A stretch of DNA of 64,000 nt from an uncultured Candidatus Binatia bacterium (GTDB lineage Bacteria; Desulfobacterota; Binatia; UBA9968; JAJDTQ01): positions 3,200,001 through 3,264,000 of the forward strand of contig OZ243916.1 of assembly GCA_965213675.1 (NCBI GenBank). The letters run 5' to 3'. Below are positions 41,583 through 51,718 of this stretch, in pieces. The notes beneath the pieces are model-generated. The model saw only the letters and a program-made list of their open reading frames with translations, did not search any database and had not been told where the DNA came from. Both the position numbers and the translations under genes were made by a program. The stretch's first letter is position 1, and each line of letters starts with the position of its first letter.

Positions 41583-42605
41583 CTATTCACCCCTTCCCGC
41601 ATAGGCGTAGCGCACCGCGGCCTCCGGCGGGGGCAGCGGGCTCGCCAGCGCGAACTGCGCTGCGGCGTCCGCTTCGCGCCGCACCTCCTCGTCGACCCGC
41701 ACCACGGTGTCCCGGTCGCATCCCTCGCTGGCCGCCAGCTCCCGCGCGTAGACCAGAATGCCGTCGCCCTCGGCGTACCAGGAGCGCACCTTCTCGGGCA
41801 CCGGGCTGGGGTCCCAAGCCCAGTGGATGTCCGTGACTCCGCCCACCAGCGTCGGGTGGGCGCCGTCGTTGCCCGGCCACGGGTGTGTGCGCGCCTCCAC
41901 GAAGAACGGCCCCTCACCCGCGCGGGTGCGTTGCACCAGTTGCTTCAGCGTGCCATGCACCTGGCCCACGTCGTCGCCGTTCACGGTGACCGTCTCGAGG
42001 TTGAGCGCGCGGGGAATGTTGGGCAGGTCGTCGGCGGCGTGGTCGGCATTGACCCTGCCGGCGCGCCGGTAGTTGTTCTCCATCACGAAGATCAGCGGCA
42101 GGTTCCACAGCCGCGCGATGTTCATGCTTTCATACGCCACGCCCTCGTCCATGGCGCCGTCGCCGAAGAAGACCACGGTGACGGCGTTGGACTCCAGCAC
42201 CTGGGCCGCCAGCGCCGCCCCGGAGGCAAGCGCCGTGCCGCCCCCCACGATGGCGGAAGTGTGAAGGATGTTCAGGTCGGGCGCCGCCACGTGGAAGGTC
42301 CCGCCCCGCCCCTGACAGTAGCCGGTTTCGCGGCCGATGATCTCCGCCAGCACCTTCCCGGGGTCGCCGCCCTTGGCGATGATGTGGCCGTGGTTCCGGT
42401 GGGTGCTGAAGAGGTAGTCTTCCGGCGCCAGGGCCGCGCATACGCCCACGCCGGTGGCCTCCTGGCCGATGTAGATGTGGAAGTGACCGCGGATGAGGCC
42501 CTGATGTTCCTCGTTGAACCGGACGACGTGTTCTTCGGCGCGCCGGATCATGAGCATCTTGCGCAGCAGTTCGAGCCGCTGGTCTCGTGGCATGTCGGGT
42601 AGCAT
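41583..42605 (-). CDS. TPP-dependent dehydrogenase E1 alpha-like subunit
   Basis: H.YIGQEA, THRNHGH, GRGG.FH, GDGA..EG...ENN TPP motif. Confidence 0.9.
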   Translation of the reverse strand: MLPDMPRDQRLELLRKMLMIRRAEEHVVRFNEEHQGLIRGHFHIYIGQEATGVGVCAALAPEDYLFSTHRNHGHIIAKGGDPGKVLAEIIGRETGYCQGRGGTFHVAAPDLNILHTSAIVGGGTALASGAALAAQVLESNAVTVVFFGDGAMDEGVAYESMNIARLWNLPLIFVMENNYRRAGRVNADHAADDLPNIPRALNLETVTVNGDDVGQVHGTLKQLVQRTRAGEGPFFVEARTHPWPGNDGAHPTLVGGVTDIHWAWDPSPVPEKVRSWYAEGDGILVYARELAASEGCDRDTVVRVDEEVRREADAAAQFALASPLPPPEAAVRYAYAGRGE

Positions 42606-42778
42606 AATCCCCTCCGGCTGGTTCGGTGTTGGCAGAATCTACCCCAATGTTGCAGAAGCTGGAAGCAAAAGAGGATCGGGAGGCGAGTGGGATGGGTTTG
42701 GCAAGGAGGGGGTTGTTGGGGAATGTCACTGTAGGTGAGGTTGAGCGGCAGAGCAGGGTCATCGGAAACTTTACGAAG

Positions 42779-42930
42779 CGTCATTCCCGGGACGCGGCCG
42801 TTTCAAAACTCCGCTCGGACAGGAAATGGCAGGGACTCCCCGGACCGTCATTCCCGCTTCCGCGGGAATGACGGTCCGGGGGGTCCCTGCCACATCAGCT
42901 TTGACACAGCTACGGAAGCGGCAATCCAGG
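42779..42930. mobile_element. REP interrupted by a ~115-bp TIR-bounded mini-element that carries a 31-bp-arm REP hairpin
   Basis: outer cgtcattcccg...cggaagcggcaatccagg; inner ends ggccgtttcaaaact / agctttgacacagc; central hairpin 42827-42892. Confidence 0.7.
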
Positions 42931-42973
42931 CGTGGCGTGGTGGGGAAACCAAGTTCGAGGGAGGGTCCGACGG

Positions 42974-44131
42974 TCACAAGCGGAAGAACTCGATGGCGTT
43001 GGCGGCGACCATGCGGTGGCGCTCGTCGTCGGGGACGCCGTTCATCTGCGAGTCGAGAAGCTCCCGGGAGTGGGGCCAGCGGGTGACCACGTGGGGGAAG
43101 TCGCTGCCCCACAGCATGCGGTCCACGCCGACGTCGTGGCGCAGGCGCACGCCCACGTGATCTTCGAAGAAGCCCCAACAGGCGTGTTCCCGCAGGTACT
43201 CGCTGGGAAGGCGCTTGAGCCGTGGCAGTCCCAATTGGCGTTCGGCCCAGAAGCGGTTGACGGAGTACTCGTGGTCCATCTGTTCGTAGAAGTACGGTAG
43301 CCAGCCGGCGTTGTTCTCGGCCCAGTAGACCCGCAGCCTGGGAAAGCGGTCGAAGATCCCGGCCACCACCATCTGGCTCGCCTCCACGGAACCGGAGTGA
43401 TACGGGGCCTGGCGCGCGAGGCGCTGGATGAAGTCGGTGGGCGGCCGGCGCTCGCCGGGCGGTTGCTGGGGGTAGCCGAACAGGGGTGTCTCGCGCGATC
43501 CCACCTTGGTGGTGAAGGATGTGTGCACCACCACCGGCATGTCCAGGTCCAGGGCCGCGGCCCAGAAGCGGTCGTCCTCCGGGGAGGGAAAGCTCCGGCC
43601 GCTGGGATACGTGGCGAGCCAGACCGCCTTGCAGCCGAGGCTCTTGCAGTGCTCCAGCTCGGCGATGTCGTCCTCGACGCCGCGGTTGGGCAGCACGCCC
43701 ACGCCGATGAGGCGTTCGGGGTCCACGGCGCAGTATTCCTCGGCCATGTACTCGTTGAAGTGATGAATGATGCCGGTGAAGGCTTCCTGGTCGCGGATGG
43801 CGGGGTTGCGCACGTCCAGGGCGAACAGCACCTCGGCGTCAACGCCGTCCTGGTCCTGTTCGCGCAGGCGCTGCTCCGGGCCACCGCATCCCGGGGTGTG
43901 GTCGAAGTCGATGACCGCGGGATCGAATTCTTCGGGCGGGCGGCCGGCGTAGTAGCTGGTGCCGCCGTAGATCAGCGGCCGCCCTTCCTTCAGCAGCGCG
44001 TCACGGCCGTCGGCCAGGCGGATACGGCGCGTCATCCGTTCCCGGTACCTGGCGGGAACGCGATGGCGCCACAGGTCCGGTGGCGCTTCGAAGTGGCTGT
44101 CGGCGGAAATGCAACGGTACTCTCGCGCCAT
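42974..44131 (-). CDS. amidohydrolase family protein (Amidohydro_2)
   Basis: ISADSH, RLREQD.DGVDAEV, FDRFP.L, E...GW, WGSDFPH. Confidence 0.92.
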   Translation of the reverse strand: MAREYRCISADSHFEAPPDLWRHRVPARYRERMTRRIRLADGRDALLKEGRPLIYGGTSYYAGRPPEEFDPAVIDFDHTPGCGGPEQRLREQDQDGVDAEVLFALDVRNPAIRDQEAFTGIIHHFNEYMAEEYCAVDPERLIGVGVLPNRGVEDDIAELEHCKSLGCKAVWLATYPSGRSFPSPEDDRFWAAALDLDMPVVVHTSFTTKVGSRETPLFGYPQQPPGERRPPTDFIQRLARQAPYHSGSVEASQMVVAGIFDRFPRLRVYWAENNAGWLPYFYEQMDHEYSVNRFWAERQLGLPRLKRLPSEYLREHACWGFFEDHVGVRLRHDVGVDRMLWGSDFPHVVTRWPHSRELLDSQMNGVPDDERHRMVAANAIEFFRL

Positions 44132-44270
44132 GAGACGATTTCCTGGGGCCGTGTCCCTCAATTTCCTGCGTCAGGTTCCGGAGACAAGCTCCAGCGACAA
44201 TTTGCAGGGGCCACCGGGGCGAACGCCGGTCGCCCCGGCCGGATGGCGCCCGACACAGGGACCGCCGGCT

Positions 44271-45116
44271 TCAGGTTTCCTCCCCGGACAGCGGCCAATC
44301 CAGCCATTCCGCCAGCGCCCGCCCGAGGATCCATTCCTTCTCGTCGTCGGTCAGGTCGAGTTCGTCGGTGAACAGCGCCAGCGCCTGCCGGTAGGGGCAG
44401 GGCAGGTGCGACAGGTCGGTGCCCCAGAATACGCGCTCGGGTCCGAAGGCATCGACCACGCGGCGCACCTGCGGGTGGAGCGACGGATAAGGATAGCTCT
44501 CGGTGGAATAGCACGGTAGCGCGGAGGCCTTCACCGCCACGTTGGGCAGAGCCGCCAGCTTCACCACGCCGTCCACGATGGGTCCCAAGGGCTTCCCCAC
44601 AAGGCTGTTGTTGAGTCCCATGTGATCGATGCACAGCCGGAGCCCCGGATGGCGCGCGGCCACCTCGGCCAGTCGCGGCAGGTGGTGCGGCGCCAGCGCC
44701 ATCACCGGGACGTCGTGGCGTTCGGCCGCGGCCCAGAACCAGTCGATGCTGCCGTCGTCGAGCCACGTGCGGTAACGCCCGCGATGGAACGTCAGGCGGA
44801 TGCCGAGCATGCCGGGCTGTTCCTTCCACGCGGCCATGCGCTCCCGGCTTTCGGGGGCGTCGAGGGTCAACCGGCCCATGACCGCGAAGCGGTCGGGATG
44901 GAGCTGGGCGGCCGCCAGGGAGGTGTCGTTGCGGTCGGCTTCCCACGTGGGCGGCACCAGTACGGCTCGGGCCACTCCGGCCGAGTCCATCTCGCGCAGC
45001 AGTTCCTCGTGACCGAGGGGCTCCGGGCGGTGCGGTTTGGCGGCATCCACCCGATCCCAAGGCTTTTCCGGGGTTTCCGGCGCCCAGATGTGCACCTGTG
45101 AGTCGATGATGTGCAT
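44271..45116 (-). CDS. amidohydrolase family protein (lactonase-like)
   Basis: IIDSQVHIW, G.RL, IDHMG, PNVAVK.S, FGPER..WGTD; may start at GTG 45149. Confidence 0.9.
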   Translation of the reverse strand: MHIIDSQVHIWAPETPEKPWDRVDAAKPHRPEPLGHEELLREMDSAGVARAVLVPPTWEADRNDTSLAAAQLHPDRFAVMGRLTLDAPESRERMAAWKEQPGMLGIRLTFHRGRYRTWLDDGSIDWFWAAAERHDVPVMALAPHHLPRLAEVAARHPGLRLCIDHMGLNNSLVGKPLGPIVDGVVKLAALPNVAVKASALPCYSTESYPYPSLHPQVRRVVDAFGPERVFWGTDLSHLPCPYRQALALFTDELDLTDDEKEWILGRALAEWLDWPLSGEET

Positions 45117-45189
45117 GGTGGAGGCCTCCAGCCGGGTGTCCGGCGTCACGTGCCGCTGGGGGCTTCGATCCGCGTTGCCGGGCGGTCCT

Positions 45190-46362
45190 TTACGGCGCAG
45201 GCTCCTGGGCTTCGGCGTCCCGGTAGGTCCACTGGAAGCCGTGGTCGCGGTAGACCTCGTCGGGCATCAGGCTGGTCAGCCCGCGCTTGTCCAGTTCGCC
45301 CTCGAAGCGCTCGCGGATTTGCGGATCCTCGTCCGCGTACTCGATCTGGTCCTTGGCGCGGTCCTCGACCTTCTCGGCGTGGCCGCGGAATTGCCGCGGC
45401 GGGTGCAGCGCGAGGTAGCGCGCCGGCGTGCCGCCGGCGTTGAAGTGCTGGTGGAACCACTTGCCCGGCGGCACGAACATGCTTGCCTCGTGCCATGGCG
45501 CCACCACTTTCTCCTTGCCCTCCTCCCAGAGGATGGAGTAGCCCTCGCCCCCGGGGATGACGATGACCCGGCCCGGACCGTGGCGGTGCGCCTTCTTGTA
45601 GGTGCGCGACGGGAACACCGACATGTGGCAGGACATCTCGGAGTTGGGAAAGGTCATGAGCACGCTGTGTCCGCCCGCGCCGCGCCGGCTGCTGCGGTTG
45701 AGCTTGTTCCAGGAGCCCATGTCGGGAAAGAAGTTGCCGTACCAGAAGATGCCGGCGCGCCCGCCCCAGGTGCGCTTGGGGTCGCCGTCGCGCACCAGCT
45801 TGGCTTCGGAGTAGAGCTGGCCGCCGCTGCCGAGATGGTCCTGGCCCTCGTAATGGTTGTTGAAGAAGTACTCAGGGTCGGTGTTGAGCGACAGCGCCAG
45901 CGGCAGGTAGCTGTAGCGCAGGAGGCGCGCCGGCTGATCGCCGCGCATGTTGCTCAGGGTGTGGTGGTAGTTGTGCGGGATCTGGAACAGGCTGCGGGGC
46001 TGCCACTCGAAACTGGTCTTGTGGCCGTTGTCGCCCAGCCACACGGTGGTGACGCCGTGGCCCTGGAGCACGTAGACCAGTTCGTCCAGCCCGAACTTGA
46101 GCGGCGGCAGGGTCCCGCCGGGCGGGATCTCCTGCACCATGGCGGAAGTGACACCCTCCTGGCCCACGAGCTGGATGAAGGCGCTCTCGCACCCGCGCGC
46201 CTCCCACCAGCCCAGCTCCACCGTTCGCAGGTCTTCGATGAAGTAGCCCCGGTGTATCGGCACTCGGGTGGAGGCCATCCAGTCGTCGTAGGTGTATTCC
46301 TTGACTTCCAGCTCGGGAGGCAGGGAATCGTCGGAACTCGTGTCGGTGTCAACCTGCGCCAT
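45190..46362 (-). CDS. bicupin domain protein
   Basis: two cupin repeats (E..YVL.G.G; KAHRHGPG ... WFHQHFN). Confidence 0.8.
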   Translation of the reverse strand: MAQVDTDTSSDDSLPPELEVKEYTYDDWMASTRVPIHRGYFIEDLRTVELGWWEARGCESAFIQLVGQEGVTSAMVQEIPPGGTLPPLKFGLDELVYVLQGHGVTTVWLGDNGHKTSFEWQPRSLFQIPHNYHHTLSNMRGDQPARLLRYSYLPLALSLNTDPEYFFNNHYEGQDHLGSGGQLYSEAKLVRDGDPKRTWGGRAGIFWYGNFFPDMGSWNKLNRSSRRGAGGHSVLMTFPNSEMSCHMSVFPSRTYKKAHRHGPGRVIVIPGGEGYSILWEEGKEKVVAPWHEASMFVPPGKWFHQHFNAGGTPARYLALHPPRQFRGHAEKVEDRAKDQIEYADEDPQIRERFEGELDKRGLTSLMPDEVYRDHGFQWTYRDAEAQEPAP

Positions 46363-46489
46363 CAATTGCGTCTCCTTGCACGGCCCCGCGCCACCGGGAT
46401 TCGCGCCCCCGGATCCGGAACCGGGTCAGGGGCGGGCTCTCGCGGCATGACGCCGGGGCGATGGGTTTGTTGGGTGCGGTCCTCGTGCG

Positions 46490-46915
46490 CTACGAGGCGG
46501 CCACCTCTTCGTAAGTAGGTTCAGGCATGCCGCTCTTCCATGTCGGGTCGCGCAACTCCAGCCGGTTGCCGCTGGGGTCCGCGAAATAGAGTTCGCGGCC
46601 CGGGAAGTAGCCGCCCTTGCGATAGTAGAGCTCGGCCACGTCCACGTTCTTTTCCTTGAAGAGCTTGCACGCCTCGTTCAGGCTCTCCGGGCTGACCGTG
46701 AAGGAGTGGTGCACGCGGTCGTCCTCGGGCTTGGCCGGCAGTTCCCGGCGTTCGCACAACAGGATGTTGTGATCGCCCACGTTGAAGCAAGCCATGACGT
46801 TGTTGGCGAGCCGACCCAGGGACTTGAGCCCCAGCAGGTCGCCGTAGAACTTCTCCGCCTCACCCAGGTCGTTCACGGGGATGGACCAATGCGTCACGCC
46901 TTCGATCTTGAGCAT
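46490..46915 (-). CDS. VOC/glyoxalase family protein
   Basis: H.SIPV.DL..A..FY..LLG, HHSF, YFADPSGNRLEL; AAGGAG RBS. Confidence 0.9.
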   Translation of the reverse strand: MLKIEGVTHWSIPVNDLGEAEKFYGDLLGLKSLGRLANNVMACFNVGDHNILLCERRELPAKPEDDRVHHSFTVSPESLNEACKLFKEKNVDVAELYYRKGGYFPGRELYFADPSGNRLELRDPTWKSGMPEPTYEEVAAS

Positions 46916-46967
46916 CTGTCTGTCTCCTTTCGGGCGGCCATCCCTCATGGGCGGCCTACAGGCCAAC

Positions 46968-47132
46968 CTAGTGTGGTGTCTGGTTAATACGCGTCATAAT
47001 CTGCGGGTCTTTTTCGCCGTCGGCTGCGTGGCTCTTCCTCGCGTGGTACCCGCCACTGCTCGTCATCGCGCCTTGCCGACGACAAAAAATCCTCCGCAGA
47101 TTATGACGCGAATTAACCAGACACCACACTAG
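46968..47132. mobile_element. 165-bp MITE, copy 2
   Basis: same length and TIRs as 34800-34964 with about 5 substitutions. Confidence 0.88.
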
Positions 47133-47174
47133 CTGACCTCACGGCCACTCATCAAGGGAATTGTGTTTCCATTA

Positions 47175-47190
47175 CATTGTAACTACAATG
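47175..47190. promoter_or_regulatory. palindromic operator upstream of brnT
   Basis: cattgta-ac-tacaatg. Confidence 0.6.
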
Positions 47191-47201
47191 CCAGGGTAGC
47201 C

Positions 47202-47498
47202 ATGATCGAGTTCCAATGGGATGAGTGGAAGCATGCGGCCAACAAGTGCAAGCACGGGATCGGTTTCGACGAGGCGCAGACCGTGTTTCACGACCCTTGC
47301 GCCCTGCTCATCGAGGATCCGGAGCATTCCATCGACGAGGATCGCTTCGTCCTTCTTGGACTGAGTGCTTCGCTTCGGACTCTGGTCGTCTGCCACTGCT
47401 ACCGGGAGAATGACGCGGTCATCCGGATCATCTCGGCGCGACGCGCGAATCGCGTGGAGCGTGCACAGTACAATCACAGGTGGAACCATGAGAGATAA
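47202..47498 (+). CDS. brnT: BrnT family ribonuclease toxin
   Basis: FQWDE.K...N..KHGI.F.EA..VF.DP, DPEHS..E.R, IRIISARRA. Confidence 0.93.
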   Translation: MIEFQWDEWKHAANKCKHGIGFDEAQTVFHDPCALLIEDPEHSIDEDRFVLLGLSASLRTLVVCHCYRENDAVIRIISARRANRVERAQYNHRWNHER

Positions 47499-47691
47499 CT
47501 ACGACTTCGCGAAGGCCAAGCGCAATCCATACGCCAGGCACCTGAAGAAACAGGTAACGCTCCGGTTGGATCAGGACACGCTTGCCTACTTCAAGGCGCT
47601 CGCGGCACAGAACGGCGTTCCTTACCAGACCTTGATCAATCTGTACCTGCGTGACTGCGCCACGAGCGGAAAGAAGCTCGTGTTTCGCTGA
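47488..47691 (+). CDS. brnA: BrnA antitoxin
   Basis: MRDNYDF...KRNPYA..LKKQVT.RLD....YFK......VPYQTLINLYL. Confidence 0.9.
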   Translation: MRDNYDFAKAKRNPYARHLKKQVTLRLDQDTLAYFKALAAQNGVPYQTLINLYLRDCATSGKKLVFR

Positions 47692-47709
47692 CACGGGATC
47701 CGGAACGCC

Positions 47710-49605
47710 TCACGCCCTGGGATACCCCAGCCGGCTCAGGTCCTCCCGAATTTCATCCAGAATGGCCGGGTCGTCGATGGTGGCGGGGGTCTTGTAGGGG
47801 GCGCCGTCGGCCATGCTCCGCACGGTGCCGCGCAGGATCTTGCCGGAGCGCGTCTTGGGCAGGCGCTTCACCAGCAGGGCCTGCTTGAAATCGGCCACCG
47901 GCCCGATCTTCTCGCGCACGAGGCTCACCAGCTCGGGCGCCAGTGTCTCCTCGGTAATTTCCACCCCCGCTTTCACCACGACCAGGCCCAGCGGCAGTTG
48001 ACCCTTGAGCGCGTCGGCCACGCCCAGCACGGCGCACTCGGCCACCGCCGGGTGGGCGGCCAGCACCTCTTCCATGGCGCCGGTGGAGAGCCGGTGTCCG
48101 GCGACGTTGATGACGTCGTCCATGCGCCCCATGATCCACAAATAGCCGTCTTCGTCGCAATAGCCGCCGTCCGAGGTGACGTAGTAGCCGGGATGCTGTT
48201 CAAGGTAGGCCTTGCGGTAGCCGTCCTCGTTGTTCCACAGGGTCGGCAGGCAGCCCGGCGGCAGCGGCAGCTTCACGGTGATGCTGCCCATGGCGCCGGC
48301 AGGCAGTTCGCGGCCCGCGTCGTCCAGCACGCGCACGTCGTATCCCGGCACCGCGCGTGTGGGCGAGCCGGGCTTCACCGGGAGCGGCTCGATGCCCATG
48401 CAGTTGGCCGCGATGGGCCAGCCGGTTTCGGTCTGCCACCAGTGGTCGATGACCGGCACCCCGAGCATCTCCCGCGCCCACACCAGTGTGTCGGGGTCGC
48501 AACGCTCGCCGGCCAGGAACAGGGTGCGGAAACGGCTGAGGTCGTATCTACGGACGTGGGCGCCGTCCGGGTCCTCCTTCTTGATGGCCCGGAAGGCCGT
48601 GGGCGCGGTGAACAGCACGTTTACGTCGTGCTCGCTCACGACGCGCCAGAAGGCGCCGGGGTCGGGGGTGCCCACGGGCTTGCCCTCGTAGAGCACGGTG
48701 GTGCAGCCTTTCAGCAGGGGCGCGTAGACGATGTAGGAATGGCCCACCACCCAGCCCACGTCCGAGGCCGCCCAGTACACCTCTCCGGCGTCCACGCCGT
48801 AGATGTTCTTCATGCTCCACTTGAGCGCCACGGCGTGGCCGCCGTTGTCGCGCACGATGCCCTTGGGCTGTCCGGTGGTGCCCGACGTGTACAGGATGTA
48901 GAGCGGATCGGTGGCGGCCACGGGGACGCACGGGGCCGGTTCGGCGGCGGCCACGGCTTCAGTCCAGTCCACGTCCCGGCCCGCGCTCATGGCGGCCTCG
49001 ACCTGAGGCCGTTGCAGCACCACGCAGGCGGCGGGCTTGTGGCGCGCCAGGCGGATGGCCTCGTCCAGCAGCGGCTTGTATGCGACGATGCGGTTGACCT
49101 CGATGCCGCAGCTCGCGCTCACGATGACCTTGGGCCGGGCGTCGTCGATGCGGGTGGCGAGTTCGCTGGCGGCAAAGCCGCCGAAGACCACCGAGTGCAC
49201 CGCGCCCAGGCGCGCGCACGCCAGCATGGCCACCACCGCCTCGGGCACCATGGGCATGTACACGATGACCCGGTCCCCCGCGCCCACGCCGTGGTGGCGC
49301 AGCGCCCCCGCGAACAGGGCTGCCGCGTCGCGCAGTTCGGCGTAGGTGAAGACCCTGGTGCTCCCGGTCACCGGGCTGTCGTAAATCAACGCCGGGCGGG
49401 TGCCGCGGCCCTGCTCCACGTGCACGTCCAGGGCGTTGTAGCAGGTGTTGAGGGCGCCGCCGGCGAACCACCGGTAGAAGGGCGGACGCGTGTCGTCGAG
49501 CACGCGCTCCCAAGGCTTGTCCCAGTGGATGTCCTCCGCGGCCTCGGCCCAGAAGCCCTCCGGGTCTCTCAGCGCCCGCTGGTAAACGTCCGTGTGGTTG
49601 CTCAT
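47710..49605 (-). CDS. prpE: propionyl-CoA synthetase
   Basis: YILYTSGTTGQPKG, ASDVGWVVGHSYIVY.PL, DHWWQTETG, LPKTRSGKILR. Confidence 0.88.
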   Translation of the reverse strand: MSNHTDVYQRALRDPEGFWAEAAEDIHWDKPWERVLDDTRPPFYRWFAGGALNTCYNALDVHVEQGRGTRPALIYDSPVTGSTRVFTYAELRDAAALFAGALRHHGVGAGDRVIVYMPMVPEAVVAMLACARLGAVHSVVFGGFAASELATRIDDARPKVIVSASCGIEVNRIVAYKPLLDEAIRLARHKPAACVVLQRPQVEAAMSAGRDVDWTEAVAAAEPAPCVPVAATDPLYILYTSGTTGQPKGIVRDNGGHAVALKWSMKNIYGVDAGEVYWAASDVGWVVGHSYIVYAPLLKGCTTVLYEGKPVGTPDPGAFWRVVSEHDVNVLFTAPTAFRAIKKEDPDGAHVRRYDLSRFRTLFLAGERCDPDTLVWAREMLGVPVIDHWWQTETGWPIAANCMGIEPLPVKPGSPTRAVPGYDVRVLDDAGRELPAGAMGSITVKLPLPPGCLPTLWNNEDGYRKAYLEQHPGYYVTSDGGYCDEDGYLWIMGRMDDVINVAGHRLSTGAMEEVLAAHPAVAECAVLGVADALKGQLPLGLVVVKAGVEITEETLAPELVSLVREKIGPVADFKQALLVKRLPKTRSGKILRGTVRSMADGAPYKTPATIDDPAILDEIREDLSRLGYPRA

Positions 49606-49726
49606 TCGCGTCTCCCTCGCGTCTCCCGATCGCGTCCCCCGGAGGGTCCTCCATAAACCGGGAGGACATCCGCCCGCAACCCAGGACCATTCAAGAGTCC
49701 GGGTTCCCGTTATCATGACCGCCCTT

Positions 49727-49752
49727 GGGTTCCCGCATTCGCAGGAATGACG
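49727..49752. repeat. REP-like hairpin
   Basis: gggttcccgcattcgcaggaatgacg. Confidence 0.55.
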
Positions 49753-49951
49753 GAAGGACGAAAATGACAAGGGGGAGCACGGCACTCTTGAAGAGTCCTG
49801 CGGCTCGGCGGGTTGGCTTTGACAGTGCTCCCTGAGTTGGTCTACGAACCTTGTTCGTGCAGAGGGTTTTGGCTTTCGGTCCTCTTTTCTCGGATATGTT
49901 CTCGGATAATTCGTTGGCGGGCGCAGGGAACATGAACTCGGCGGGTCTCAC

Positions 49952-51718
49952 ATGAGTTACAAGACCATCCACCACAAGGCCGACGTGCTGGTCATCGGCG
50001 GCGGCGCGGCCGGGGCCATGGCCGCCATCCGCGCGCGCGAGGAGGGCGCGGACGTGCTGCTGGTGGACAAGTCCGTGTTCGGCCGCAGCGGCTGCGCGGC
50101 GCTGGCATCCGGGGCGTACATTACCTACATGCCGGGCGACGACCTCAATTTCCATCTGGCCGGCCGCGGCGTGCTCACCAACCAGACCAAGGCCATCGAG
50201 GCGATTCACGCGACGTACGACGTGCTTGGGATCCTCGACGGCTGGGGCGTCCGGTTCGTCAAGGAAAAGGGCGAGTTCTGGCGCGGCAAGGGCGGCTCCG
50301 GCGCGGCCGCCAGCGGCGGACTGGCCGCGGGGCTGGTGGGCGGCGGCACGGCGATGATGAAGGTGGTGCGCGGCGTGGCCCTGCGCGCCGGAGTGCGCGT
50401 GCTCAACCGGGTCTCGGTCACCGACCTGCTGACCTCCGACGGCCGCCATCCCACCGGCGGCCAGGTGGTGGGCGCGCTGGGCGTCTCCGGGCGCGAGCGC
50501 GAGGTGCACGTGTGCGAGGCCAAGTCCGTGGTGATGTGCGCCGGGGGGTTCAACTTCGGCTACAAGCGCCCGGGTCAGTGGTTCGCGGGCATGCCCCTCA
50601 ACATCACCAGCGATGGCGTCGCCATGCAGCTCCGGGCGGGCGCGGTGATGGGCAACATGGCGTGCGGCAGCAAGTACCTCCAGACCATGGAGTTCATGTG
50701 CGCGCCGGGCATCGAGCACTTCACCACCATGGGCACCAGCTACTTCAATCGCCTCGGCGCCGACGTGATGCAGCGCTTCACCGAGTCCGAGGCCGAGTTC
50801 ACCCGGCGGCTGTCGCTGGGGCACGCGGTGGCGCTGGAGATGCTGGAGGGCAACGGCCCGGTGTACCTGGACTGCACCCAGCTCCCGCCCGAGAACATCC
50901 GCCTCCTGTACGAAGTCATTCCCATCATCATGAACACCTTCGAGGCCGCGGGCTACGAAATCGGCAAGGAGCGCATTCCCTACCTGCCTGTGTTGGCCGC
51001 CACCTATGGTTCAAGCCACGGCGGCGGCGCGGTGGTGGACGATCAGTGCCGCACCTCGTTGCCGGGCCTGTTCGCCGCGGGCGCCAGCAGCGACGGCATG
51101 AACATCTCGCCCAATCTGAACCTTTCCTGGTGCATGGTGCTGGGCTGGTGGGCCGGCCTCCATGCCGCCGACCACGCCAGGAACGCGGAAATGAAGGGCG
51201 TCGCCGCGCCGCAGGTGGAGGCGCTGTCCAAGGGCGCCACCCAGTATCTCAAGCCCGAGGGCGCCGCGTTCGACGAGGTCCACGGCCGGGCCGCGGACCT
51301 GCTGCACGAGTTGGGCGTGATCCTGAACGACGAGAAGATCACGCGGGTGCGGCAGGGGCTCATGGAGATTCTTGACACCTATGACAACGTCATGGCCCGG
51401 GACCCCCACGATCTTGTCAAGGTCCTGGGGCTGCGAAACTCCATCGAGGCGCTCACCGCGGTGCTGGACTACCTGCTGCACCGGCAGGAGAGCCGCGGCT
51501 CGGTGATCAACAGCGACCATCCCGAGACCGACAACGAGAAATGGCTGGTGCTGAGCAAGTCCATCATCGAGAATGGCGCCCTCAAGATCTGGGACGAGCC
51601 CATCCCCCATGACGAGTTCTACGTGCACTACCGGCCGCGCCACGGGAAGGCCATGCACCCCTTCTTCAAGATCGCCGGGCAGATGGTGGAGGCGGGAGAC
51701 CAATCAGGCCATGGCTGA
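49952..51718 (+). CDS. FAD-binding flavoprotein of the AprA/SdhA/NadB superfamily
   Basis: DVLVIGGGAAG, GRSG, GDG-like SDG, TSLPGLFAAG, R.ESRG, D.PETD...W. Confidence 0.85.
   Translation: MSYKTIHHKADVLVIGGGAAGAMAAIRAREEGADVLLVDKSVFGRSGCAALASGAYITYMPGDDLNFHLAGRGVLTNQTKAIEAIHATYDVLGILDGWGVRFVKEKGEFWRGKGGSGAAASGGLAAGLVGGGTAMMKVVRGVALRAGVRVLNRVSVTDLLTSDGRHPTGGQVVGALGVSGREREVHVCEAKSVVMCAGGFNFGYKRPGQWFAGMPLNITSDGVAMQLRAGAVMGNMACGSKYLQTMEFMCAPGIEHFTTMGTSYFNRLGADVMQRFTESEAEFTRRLSLGHAVALEMLEGNGPVYLDCTQLPPENIRLLYEVIPIIMNTFEAAGYEIGKERIPYLPVLAATYGSSHGGGAVVDDQCRTSLPGLFAAGASSDGMNISPNLNLSWCMVLGWWAGLHAADHARNAEMKGVAAPQVEALSKGATQYLKPEGAAFDEVHGRAADLLHELGVILNDEKITRVRQGLMEILDTYDNVMARDPHDLVKVLGLRNSIEALTAVLDYLLHRQESRGSVINSDHPETDNEKWLVLSKSIIENGALKIWDEPIPHDEFYVHYRPRHGKAMHPFFKIAGQMVEAGDQSGHG

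Noticed and set aside
34800-47132. Repeated 165-bp sequence as a CRISPR array or as composite-transposon ends
   Set aside because: Only two copies, no spacer periodicity, no cas genes; no transposase or shared target duplication beyond the intrinsic CTAG
46881-47132. Small ORFs containing LVWCLVNS/T (also 34746-34964 and 34800-35084)
   Set aside because: Translations of the palindromic MITE, not genes
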